From a virus (lineage: Duplodnaviria > Caudoviricetes), in the IMG/VR virus record IMGVR_UViG_3300024264_000133, positions 1 to 28,321 of that record: a stretch of DNA of 28,321 nt, one strand, 5' to 3'. The first letter of the stretch is position 1; the number at the start of each line of letters is the position of its first letter. Positions 17,099 through 27,700 of the stretch are shown piece after piece. A program made the translations under genes and the position numbers. A model generated the notes under the pieces. The model ran no database searches. It saw only the letters and a program-made list of their open reading frames with translations, and was not told where the DNA came from.

Positions 17099-17703
17099 AT
17101 TGTATCTACTCCTTGTACATCAAAAATTAAAAATGCATATGCTATAGACCTTCCACTAACACCACTAGCCTGTTGTACTGTTCCATCCAAAGTCTCATAT
17201 CCATATTCACCTTGCATATTATTATAAATTATTAATTGTGTGGTAGTTACTTCATACCACACCCCTAGAACTCCTTCAGTTCTAAATTCTTGTACTCTTT
17301 GTCCATAATCTGAAGCTTCTGCTTCCATTTGATAGTTTGTGTGATTTACTGGATACATTTTTGTTGCATGACCGTTAAAGTCTAAGTCTGATTGAAAACA
17401 CCATTGTACTATACAATAGGGTTTATATCCTAAATTATGTGTAATCGTAGCTTTTGTACTACTAGTAAACCCTTGTTGTATTTGAATACTTTGACCTGAA
17501 CTGTTACTTACATTAGGGGGTACTCCTAATAAACCTTCCCCATGAAATTTAAGGGGCAAACTTCCAACTCCCACTCTACTATCAAAAAGTAAATTTTCTC
17601 CGCTTGTTAAAACTCCTGAGTCATTTACCACATCTGTACCTGATTTAGATACAAAAAATCCTTGGTCACTCCCCGCTTTTCCTAATAATACTCGTCTCGC
17701 CAT
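17095..17703 (-). CDS. Tail-tip associated protein, RRVLLGK paralogue 3 (202 aa)
   Basis: TAATG coupling; MARRVLLGK...SKSG.DV...LLFDSR N-terminus; ITHNLGYKP motif. Confidence 0.8.
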   Translation of the reverse strand: MARRVLLGKAGSDQGFFVSKSGTDVVNDSGVLTSGENLLFDSRVGVGSLPLKFHGEGLLGVPPNVSNSSGQSIQIQQGFTSSTKATITHNLGYKPYCIVQWCFQSDLDFNGHATKMYPVNHTNYQMEAEASDYGQRVQEFRTEGVLGVWYEVTTTQLIIYNNMQGEYGYETLDGTVQQASGVSGRSIAYAFLIFDVQGVDTI

Positions 17704-18164
17704 TATACATGCCCCCTTAAAATTATATAGTTTATTGTTGTAGAAGTTGGAGTACCACCACCACTACTAAAATTCTGAAAATAATTAAAATTAGTTCCAT
17801 ATATTGTTGCAAAATCCGCATACGTTGCAGGGACTGTAAACTGTACTGCTGTAGTACTTACTGAAGTTATTTCATAATATGGAGAATTTATAATGTTATC
17901 ATCAGGATAAGTAATTACTACAGGATTAGGAATTGCTACAGTTGAGAAAGTAACTGTAGATGTTCCTGCATTACTTCCACTTCGAGTTACTGTTGTTGAC
18001 CCTCTTGCAATAACTTGAGCATATCCTTTTTCACGACTGTCAAAAATTAGTAAGTCTTTGTTTGCAACAACACCTGAACTATTAATTACATCTACTCCAG
18101 GCTTAGATATAAGCAACCCCTGATCATTACTATCAATTTTACCTAATAATACTCGTCTACTCAT
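17703..18164 (-). CDS. Tail-tip associated protein, RRVLLGK paralogue 2 (153 aa)
   Basis: ATGA coupling; MSRRVLLGK...ISKPG.DV...LIFDSR N-terminus. Confidence 0.8.
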   Translation of the reverse strand: MSRRVLLGKIDSNDQGLLISKPGVDVINSSGVVANKDLLIFDSREKGYAQVIARGSTTVTRSGSNAGTSTVTFSTVAIPNPVVITYPDDNIINSPYYEITSVSTTAVQFTVPATYADFATIYGTNFNYFQNFSSGGGTPTSTTINYIILRGHV

Positions 18165-18547
18165 TTTACTAAATACCTCTCTAAAAAATAATTTGCTGTT
18201 GTTTCTACTTCAACTGCTGCAACACTTTCTGAAACTTCTTCTATGCTATCAACTTTTATATATTTATAATTATCATTAAAAATATAATCTCCAATCTTAA
18301 TAGTGCCTATTGTTTTCCATTCTTGAAATGTCCAAATTTGTAAATTTTTATTAGCCTTTAGACTACTATTTATAATATAATAATCCCCCATAATTTTATT
18401 TGAATCACATACGGATAAAAATGCTTCGTAAATCAATGCAGATTCAATGTTAAAGGCATGAACTTTGTCCCACTGCTGAAAAGATTTTACATACTTTTGT
18501 AAGGAATAAGGAGTATTTATTAAAGAATTATGATGTATAAGTTTCAT
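18161..18547 (-). CDS. Degenerate stand-alone Hint-like domain protein (128 aa)
   Basis: Start moved to ATG 18547, which follows AAGGAG. Pattern SLINTP...K.V......DKV, YIIN..L, W.....IKIGDYI.......KVDSIE, NYF...YLV follows Hint blocks, without Cys1, TxxH or terminal HN. Confidence 0.6.
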   Translation of the reverse strand: MKLIHHNSLINTPYSLQKYVKSFQQWDKVHAFNIESALIYEAFLSVCDSNKIMGDYYIINSSLKANKNLQIWTFQEWKTIGTIKIGDYIFNDNYKYIKVDSIEEVSESVAAVEVETTANYFLERYLVK

Positions 18548-18716
18548 ATGTCTCCTTATGCACCTTATGAATTTCATAAGTAGCTTCTAAATTAGTATTA
18601 GTCTGAGGCTCATTTAAAGAGCCATCATCATTTAAAACTGCGGGAATTTCTATAGTAAAGTCGTTGTCATAGATTTTTCTCACGTATAATTGTCCATTGT
18701 TATTAAAAGTTTCCAT
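18528..18716 (-). CDS. Hypothetical protein (62 aa)
   Basis: TAATG overlap with the 1024-aa gene and GGAG upstream; fills the gap in a packed operon. Confidence 0.7.
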   Translation of the reverse strand: METFNNNGQLYVRKIYDNDFTIEIPAVLNDDGSLNEPQTNTNLEATYEIHKVHKETYETYTS

Positions 18717-21700
18717 TAAAAGAACTCCAAAAATAAATTACCTGTTCCACCTGTAAGATCAGAACCCATATCCCAACTAGCGAAGCTTCCGCCTGAATTA
18801 CTGTAAGTAAGTGAACTTCTTGTTTTTGTTGTTATCAGAGTAGCTGAATTACTTGTTCCATTATATATTTTTAAAGTTGTCCATCCAGCATTAGAAGTTG
18901 CCCCACTTACATGAAAAAAAGTATTTCCGAAAGAACTTTCTTGGTCACTAAAACCCCAAGTAGTACTACCATTATATAAATCGCAAGAAGTATCAGTTGC
19001 AGTTCCATGACCTCCTCCTATATAAGTACTAAATCCTTGAGATAAGAAGCCATAAGCACTGAAACTTCCAAGTGCTAATCCTACCGACCACAAAAGAGTT
19101 GCTGTTGTAGTTGTAACGGACCAAGTATCTGAAGTTCCTCCAACAGTTAGAGTAGTATTTACTGTAGCCCCTGCAGTGGCACTGGAAGTCATTCTTAATC
19201 GTATTGTATCACCAACATTAATAGTCTGATTTGAAGAAGTATAACTACCACTATTAACTTGCATTTCAGCAGAATTTCCACTTATAGAAGCTGTGACAGA
19301 AGTATTTATTCCTGCTATTGTTATTATATTGCTATATATTGTTGTTGAGGTTGATACTCCTGTTTGGTCGGTAAAACTGAAAGCATCAGGTGTAGTATCT
19401 GCAGCTGTAGTTGCAGTAAAAGTGTCGCTTACTCCACTAACATTGATAGTAGCGCTTTTACTTCCTCCTCCCGTTGCAGCAGTATTTAGTTGAACTTCTA
19501 CTGTATCATTATTTACTGCAAACTTTGCTGCTGTTGTAAAAGAACCACTACTTCCTATTCTAAAACCTCCTGTATCTCCAGAGTACTGTACGTATACCAT
19601 TGTATTTATTCCTGTTATTGTTATAGAGTCAGTAACTGTAGAACTTGCTGCTGCATTTGTTACATCTGTAAAAGTAAATTGGTCACAAGTAGCATCAAGA
19701 GAAGTTTGTGAAACTGTAAATGTCATTGAATGAGAGGCTCCAAACTCTGTATTTGTTGTATAAGTAACTGTTGCAGTTCTATCACTTCCACTATTATTTA
19801 AAGGCGCTGTTAAGTTATAGTTTCCTGCAGAAGAATTAGTAATAGAAGTACTTAACCATCCTCCTGAATTATTACTAATACTTGTTGTTGTTGTTCCCCA
19901 ATAACTACTGTATGTATTATAGTTACCTCCTGCTCGTTGAGGGGTTGGAGCATACGTATTGTTAAATGCTGCAAAGGAAAAAGATGAATTACCAATTCCA
20001 CTCAGACTTACAACTGGCGGCACAAACTTATCTACGTTAATAGTATTACTTGTATTACCATCTGCTCCTAGAGAGCGGGCATAGTAAGTTACTGTTGTAT
20101 TTCTATTTTGACTAAAGTCTGTTCCATTCGCTGAGTAAGTGGAATTGTTGTTTGATACTTGTAAAGTACCTGAACCTAAAAATTGATGAGCTGCTGTTGC
20201 ATCTACTGTTTGTGCAGTTGCCGTTGTATTCGTAATTTGCGTTGCTGTTATAGAACCTGGAGTAGTAACAGGAGTTTGACCTCTTGTTGTAATTGTCCAA
20301 GTATCTGTAACCCCTCCTACATTTACAGTAGTAGATGTATTAGTTGCAAAGCTTCCGCTCGTATTCATTCTTAATCTTAAAGTTTGATTATTTGTAATAG
20401 TTCCCGAAGTTCCATAACTCCCCCCATTTATACTAAATTCAGCACTATTTCCGCTAATAGATACACTGACGCCTGTACTGATTCCTGTGATTGTTTCAGT
20501 ATTTGAATATACTAAAGTACTTAATTCTAAGCTGTTTTGATTTGTAAAATCATAGGCATCTACTGTTGTATCTTGTCCTGTGCTTACTTGATATGTATCA
20601 CTTACTGTTCCAATAGTTAAAGTCCCTGATGTAGACGTACCGTTAGAAGAGCTTGATAGTACTCTTATTCTAAAATCATCCCCATTTACTGCTATAGTGC
20701 CATTTGTTGTATACGCTCCTTGATTCCTACTTAATTGAGCTCCAGTTACTGAGACAAGTGCAAAATCTGAATTATCTAGTCCAGCTACTGTAATTTCAGA
20801 AGATTGAAAATATGTATTAAGAGCTGCGTTTGTTTGAGGGCCTCCTAAGTCAAAAGCAGTGGGAGTGTTATCATACGCAGGAGAAGTATATCCACCTTGA
20901 GCATTTACATCCGAAACAAAACTACCTTGTTTTGCCCAATACCATCTAGTAGTTCCTCTAGGCTGAGTAAAACTTCCTGAGGTTTGCCAGCCCGAAGCTG
21001 CTATATTAGGCACAGGACTTATTGCAGTTGTTGCTATAAATTGAATTGTTGCTGTATTTCCTGTTCCTGCTGTTGAAGTTACGGTTAAGTTATCTACACT
21101 AGAAGTTCTTGATACAAAAGTAACTGTGGGGTCTGCTGGTGCAGAAACTGTGCCTCCACTACCTCCACCTCCTCCTGAAGCCGTTCCTGTTAGTAGAGAG
21201 TTTCCAAAAACAGTAGTATTATTTACCATTTTTCCGTATTGACAAGGAATACCTAAAATATCTACTTTAACAGTAACACTGTCAGAAGAGGCTAAAGCTC
21301 TATCTTCTATAAAAGGATATCCTGCATTTTGTCCCGGTCTTGGGTCATCTGCATCTGCAATATTTATATATTGTAATTTTAATCTATTTCTATTAGTACC
21401 TGAGCTTGCCAAACTGAATTCATAAAGTCCTCCTCCCCCTGCGGTAGGAAGGCCTGCAACTACTCTACCATAATAGTCTTGACTAGTCGTAACTGATGCG
21501 TATCCATAATCAAATACTGCAGTTGCAAACTGTGTTCCATTTTCTGAAATTAAATATGCAGGAATATAGTGATTACCATTTGCATCTGTAGTGCTTTCAA
21601 AAGTTTTATAAGACCCTGAGCCTAAAGAAGTAAAGCTAGTATTGGAACGAATAACTCCTGCTCGATATATTTCTGAATTAAATAATAAGTCTCTAGCATT

Positions 21701-21790
21701 GATAGTATCATCAATTATGTCGTCTCCAGATTTAGAAATTTTTAGTACAAAGTTTGAACCGTCTTTGCCTAGTAGTACTCGTCTTGCCAT
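18716..21790 (-). CDS. Tail-tip or central fibre protein, RRVLLGK paralogue 1 (1024 aa), with four ~100-aa repeats
   Basis: TAATG coupling to the hub gene; Ser/Thr/Gly-rich; four D.T.DAF.F....ITI.GI...SDT(W/Y/F) repeats. Confidence 0.85.
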   Translation of the reverse strand: MARRVLLGKDGSNFVLKISKSGDDIIDDTINARDLLFNSEIYRAGVIRSNTSFTSLGSGSYKTFESTTDANGNHYIPAYLISENGTQFATAVFDYGYASVTTSQDYYGRVVAGLPTAGGGGLYEFSLASSGTNRNRLKLQYINIADADDPRPGQNAGYPFIEDRALASSDSVTVKVDILGIPCQYGKMVNNTTVFGNSLLTGTASGGGGGSGGTVSAPADPTVTFVSRTSSVDNLTVTSTAGTGNTATIQFIATTAISPVPNIAASGWQTSGSFTQPRGTTRWYWAKQGSFVSDVNAQGGYTSPAYDNTPTAFDLGGPQTNAALNTYFQSSEITVAGLDNSDFALVSVTGAQLSRNQGAYTTNGTIAVNGDDFRIRVLSSSSNGTSTSGTLTIGTVSDTYQVSTGQDTTVDAYDFTNQNSLELSTLVYSNTETITGISTGVSVSISGNSAEFSINGGSYGTSGTITNNQTLRLRMNTSGSFATNTSTTVNVGGVTDTWTITTRGQTPVTTPGSITATQITNTTATAQTVDATAAHQFLGSGTLQVSNNNSTYSANGTDFSQNRNTTVTYYARSLGADGNTSNTINVDKFVPPVVSLSGIGNSSFSFAAFNNTYAPTPQRAGGNYNTYSSYWGTTTTSISNNSGGWLSTSITNSSAGNYNLTAPLNNSGSDRTATVTYTTNTEFGASHSMTFTVSQTSLDATCDQFTFTDVTNAAASSTVTDSITITGINTMVYVQYSGDTGGFRIGSSGSFTTAAKFAVNNDTVEVQLNTAATGGGSKSATINVSGVSDTFTATTAADTTPDAFSFTDQTGVSTSTTIYSNIITIAGINTSVTASISGNSAEMQVNSGSYTSSNQTINVGDTIRLRMTSSATAGATVNTTLTVGGTSDTWSVTTTTATLLWSVGLALGSFSAYGFLSQGFSTYIGGGHGTATDTSCDLYNGSTTWGFSDQESSFGNTFFHVSGATSNAGWTTLKIYNGTSNSATLITTKTRSSLTYSNSGGSFASWDMGSDLTGGTGNLFLEFF

Positions 21791-24700
21791 TATGAACTAT
21801 CCGAAATAATAATTTGTTGTGTAAAAGCATTTATATCTATGCCGCCAGTGCTTACTGTTGTGGAACTACTAGTAGTATTAAAATTCATAGTTGTTCCTGT
21901 TAGAGTTATTCTTCCGCCACTTACATTTGTGTTTCCAAATCCTACAATATCACTTACTCCTAATTCACCTTCAATATAATTTGTGTCAATTCCCAAACCG
22001 CTAGGACTAATAGATACATTGGAGCCTGTAGGAGTAAAACTTGTACCATTAACTGTTAAAGTACCAAAAGTAGGTGCTCCTGTTAAACTACCATATGCTC
22101 CATTAAATAAAGGAGGTTGGTTACTTAAATTATTATAGTTTCCATCAAAAGTTGAAACACTTGTTCCTGAGCTAAATTGAATTGTATCAGCTTTTATTGC
22201 AACTGTTCCTGCACTTTCATCAAACTTAATAAAACTTCCTGCATCTCCTACATGAAAGTCTCCAGTAGTATCCATATAAAAACCTGCATCTGTATCTGTA
22301 AACGAAGTTTTATTTTGTGAATAAATTTTACCCCCTGTACCAACTACTAAATTACTTCCAACATTTAAATTATTCGTTATAGTAGTATCTGCTGTTAATT
22401 TAGATGCACTAAGAGTTCCGTCTACGATTACAGAGCCATTAAATGTTTCTACAACTAAAGAACTATAGTCTGAAGTTCCTACAGAGCCAGAACTTGTAGT
22501 CGCACTTCCAGTATATACTCTTGTTCCAGCTTTATCTGCGCTATTGTCTGTTACTGTTATTCTATCGTTTGGTCTTATCGTGCCATCAGAAGCGGCTGCA
22601 ATTACTGCTGCTGCTACTGCTTGAGCGGTGCCAGTATCTAAAGTTCCTGCAAAGTCAGAAGCATCTGAAGCACTTATTCCACTTGTAGTAGATTCTTCAA
22701 AAGTAAATATACTTCCGCCACGAACTCCTGCCCCACCTGGTGTACCTGTTTTTGATTTAGCAATACTTTGTGAAGTCTGCAAAGAGAAATTTTCTCCATT
22801 TAATTTTTTACCTGTTATTGTATAAGTAACTACTACATTATCTGTACCAGTAGCCATTGAAGTATAATCATTTACAACCGCATCATTGCCGCTATCCGAG
22901 ACACTTGTTGTAGAAAGAGTTGAGCTAGGACTTTGTGATGCAGATACTGTCCAATGCCCCGCTGTTGTACCACTAGCATCATAATCTAGTGAAGTGGCTC
23001 CTTCAAATACTTTTATAGTAGTGCCACTTCCTGTTAAGTTTCCTGAGTTAACAACCCCTGTATTTGTAGAAGGGACAGTATGTGCAGGGTTTGAATTTAC
23101 AATTGTAAGAGCATCAGAACCCTCTTCGACTCTAATAAGAGTGACTGTATCTGAAACTGTATCGGCACTTACTGTTACTGTTACTGAAGTATTTGACCCA
23201 AAGTTTGCACTTGTTAAAGTTCTAGTATCCCCACTGCCTGTTAAACTCACATTTGGATTAGTGTTAAAACTTGAACTACTTGAAACATTTTGTCTATTTG
23301 CAGTAAGAGTTATTGAATTTGGGCTTAATGTTCCGTTTTTTGCTTGAGTAAACACTAAAGAACTTGTTGATATTCTTATAGATTTTGCGTCTTGTCCCAC
23401 TAATCCTTCTATAGTTTTATTTAAGCTAATTACTGCTGTAGTAAGTAAAGTGTCGTCTGAGTTATCATAAATTGGTACAATTATACTTCCTGTTAGTGTT
23501 GAAGTCCCCGATAATAGTGCTGAATTTGAATCAATAGTAATTGTACCATCTGAAGCAACACTAGAAGAAACATTTGAGTCTGTTAAAGAACCATACCTAT
23601 AAGAATTCGACGAGTATGGAGAAGAGCCATCATAAGTCCATGTAGTTGCTCCTTCTCTAATTACAAAGTCACAAGAAAATCCTGTGGCACTTGCAGCCCC
23701 TGTAGTATTTCCTGTAAATGTATGGTTTGTATTTGTTCCTGTAATCGTAAACCCATCGTTACCAGGTGCTCCATCTTGTGCGACAGCAAAATGTTGAAAA
23801 CGTTGTAAGGTCGTAGTTGAGCCTACTCCATCTTTAACCGTAATTGTATAGGTAATTACAGGAGTATCCGAAGTTGCATTCCCATGATTTCCTATTCTAA
23901 ATATTGTTGCATTACTATTTGCATCATTGACAGTGCTTTCTGAACCTGCTGTAATATTTGACGCAGATACTGCAACTCTGAAGCTACTGTTTGCTTGGTC
24001 GCCGGACTGGTCATTTATTAGTATATTTTCTCCAAGTATAACTTGAATATCTGTTCCAGTTGCGGCATAGTTTATTGAACCTGCATTTGTTTGTTGCAAG
24101 GTCATACTTGGGTTTGTTAAGTTTACAGTTATTTGCGCTGGAGATTTAGCTGTTCCCGGCACTCCAGCTGTTACCTCACTTGGATGATAAGCTGAAAATA
24201 TTGTTGTTTTTTGTTTAGACCTTCTTTTTGATATAACTCTCTTATGTCGAATCCAATAGTATTTTGCTGCTTCTTCTCCTAAAGCGTGATTGAAGGTAGT
24301 CTCATTATCCGCTTCTCCTATTTTAGTAGCGTTTGACCTATTATTATCATCCGAAGCCCATATTTCAGTAGAATCACTTGAGTTTATAAAGTTAGTTGCA
24401 TTTGTCCAAGTAAGAGCTGTAACTCCTTGTTTATCAGTAGAGCCTGTCAAATCTGTAGGTGTAGTAGGAGTCCCTGTACCAGGCGCTCCCGGATTTTCTG
24501 TACTACTTACTGCAGATGTTCTTGTATTTGATATTACATACATTGAATCATCATATTCAACTGCTGATACGCTAACTAAACAATCTGTGTTTACAGATAA
24601 ATCTTGAATACGGAAAAGTTTACCACTCCATCCAAATCTATCATAATCTATTTTTAATACTTGTCCTGCTTTTAGTAGTATACCTTTTGGCATTATAGTA

Positions 24701-27700
24701 AAAGATATCTGCAAAGGAAAACGAGATTCTGTTAAAAATCTTTCTGCATTTATTCTTGCGTTCCAGTAATTTGTAATTCCAGAAAATTGTAGATTTCCTG
24801 TTTTTACTACATTTCTGTCTGCTTTTACAAAGTTTGAATTATAAAAAGCTACAGAAGTATTTGACCATTTGTTGCCGGGGTCTGATAGAGACGCGTTAAT
24901 TGTATTAAAACTTTTTCTGCTTGGGTCTTCTGTGACTTTTAAAGAACCAATTATATCTCCATATTTTATATGATAAGGACTATTATCACTCGGAATATCT
25001 TCTTGAGCTTCTACTTCTAGTTCATATTTTCCATTAGAATAACTAAGAATACCATTATAATGCTCTAACATATTTGTAGTATTTTGAAAAACAGAACTAC
25101 TTGTTTCAAGCACTACATTCATTTGGTGACGAGTACACCATCTTTGATGATCGTGTTCCCAGCCTACCCATCTCCAGTATTGTACAAAATCTGAATCATA
25201 TAAACTATAATTTTCTACATACTTTTTCCCAAAGGTTGTAAGAGTAACTCCTGTATTTGTTGCTTTATATAAAGTAACGTTGTTTATATATGTCAATCCT
25301 TGTCTACTACCGTTGGTAGGTTGTACATCAATATAGCCATTTCCTTTGGAAGAAGGAACTCTAAATAAATCTCCAGAGTTTGTATATATGATATCCCCTA
25401 CTTTATAGTATATCCATTTTTGCCATATTCTTTGAAATTGTCCTATAACATTTTCTAGTACTACTGAATAGTGTGTTCCATTTAATGTGGCGCTTTTGAC
25501 TTTTCCTCTTGCAAGTACATTCCCGGAACTTGTTCCATCAGACGTTAATATATATTCATCTCCAACTGTAGCAGCCGTAGTAGCAGCTATAGTAATATCA
25601 GAACGAGAGTCACAAGTTCTTGCTGAATTTGTAAAAGTTTGTAATGAAATATCTTTTTCTAAATCTAAACCTTTTCCGAAAGTATTATTTGTTATATAAT
25701 CTAATGTATGTAATGCTGGATTGTTTCCTGAACGTAAATCACTTCCTCTGCCAAATACTTTGTAATCACTACTTGCATTTGGATGGTCAATAAAATTAGT
25801 TTTTAATGTAGCAATCTTTGTAGTACCATTATAGTCTGTAATTCTTCTTTTTTCTCCAACTCCTTGACCTGAAGTTATTTCAATAAATTGGTCATTGTAA
25901 AAATCATCTGTAGAAGAAGCAGCAGAAGGTAGCTTAACTTGTTTAGAGCCAATAATTCTACCACTTGAAATAGTATCACTTCCTGTTAAAGTACCTACAT
26001 AAACATTTAAAGTTACAACCTGATTAGAGTATGTTCCAGTTAAAGTAGAATTTTCTATTCCTTCTAACTGTCCTGCACCTGTTCCAACTATCTTGAATTT
26101 AGTTTGTCCACTTAAATCAGTATCACCTACAGATAATTCTAGTTTGCCTGTGCCAGAATTTCTTCCAATGCTTGAAATATTTGAACCTTGATTAGGTAAG
26201 TATGCATCTGAATTGTCTATATCATTATGATTCCATGTTAGCATGTGCCACATATTATTACTTGAGTCTTTTGCATAAAACTCTGTATGAATAGGTGCAT
26301 CATCAATATAAGTAAAGTTACTAGAGTGATACGGTCTATCTGCAAATCTAATTTTATTATAGACTGAACCTGTTCTAGGGTCTGTTTCTTCGAAAACATC
26401 TCTAACTGTAGTAGTGTTTAAAACAGCATTATCACTTGTTCTATAAAAAGTTACTGATTCTCCCAAAGTAAAATTAGCTGTATCCTCGCTTGAATATCCT
26501 TTATCATCGTGTCTATAAGTGAAGTCGTAGTTATATCCTTCGTGTATTCTACCTCTAACAACAAACTCAAGTTCTGGAATATCTGTGTTTTCTTCATTTA
26601 CTGTTATTTCCGCTAGTACATATGCTGTATCTAATAGTCTATGATTAGTTGACCAGTACTCTTCTCCATTTGAGTTATTAAAGTAGTCTATTTGGCGTTT
26701 AAATTTTGTTGCTCCTGTTGCTATATCTATAAGTTTTGAATTTGCTGTTTGGTCAGATTTTCCTGCATGAAACCATAGTTTAATAGGTTGAGGAACACTT
26801 ATTTGAAATGTTTGTCCATCTCTTATGCCTACAGTGTTTTGAGTACTTCCAGTATAAGAGGTTGCACTACCCGAGTTATAGTAATCATAGTAACTTCCTG
26901 AGTCTGTTATATAATCGATTTCTTGCACATCATACTGGTCGTAAAAGTTTTTATCAAAAGACCTTTCACTATCATGAAACTTTGATTGTTTTCCTGTAGC
27001 ATAATTTTGTAAAGTTGAAGAGTAACTACTGTTTCCTCTAATTGTTTCTCCTCTATCAGCTCTACCGGCACACAGTACTCCACTACTTTCTGAATTTGTT
27101 CCAGTTATTGACCTACTATCTTCATCTTCTTTATTTAAACATACTAAAGGCTCTCCATCAATATAAATATCATAGATTGCTTCTACTTCTCCTTCGGCTA
27201 TTGCATACAGTACATAAATTGTGTCTGGGTCGTTGGAAGGAGTGTCTGCAAATACAGGAATACCCGGTAGTCTACGCACACCATACACAACAGGAAGATA
27301 TTTTGAAACTAAATCAACTTTTAAGTCAACATCTCTATCTCTAGTTTTATCAACCATTTTTGTCTGTACTTTAGTCTTTAACCCAAACAATCCATGCTTA
27401 GAAGTTTTTACTTCCATTTCTTGATATTTTTCTTTATAAGTAGCAACAAGATTTACACTTGTATCTGCATGCATAAATCCCATATCATCAGCATATTCTT
27501 TTTTTAATGCCGCATCTCTTTGAGGACTACCACTGGCATTTAAAGCTCTGTGTATTTCATCGGAGGTCATTCTTCCTTGAACTTTATTAAAGTCTGCCCA
27601 GTGGCTGCTTAGTGTCCATTGAACTCTACTTGATCTTGAAGGGTCTTCTGTAATGTTTGCTTTTGTAATTAGCCCTTTAAATATAAGTATACTTGCATTT

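Noticed and set aside
18548-18577. Longer start (18577) for the Hint-like ORF
   Set aside because: It increases overlap with the 62-aa gene, while ATG 18547 has an AAGGAG SD and matches the apparent domain start.
892-20300. Short alternative-frame minus ORFs 892..1077, 9863..10069 and 20112..20300
   Set aside because: Nested out of frame inside long fibre genes, with no supporting motif.
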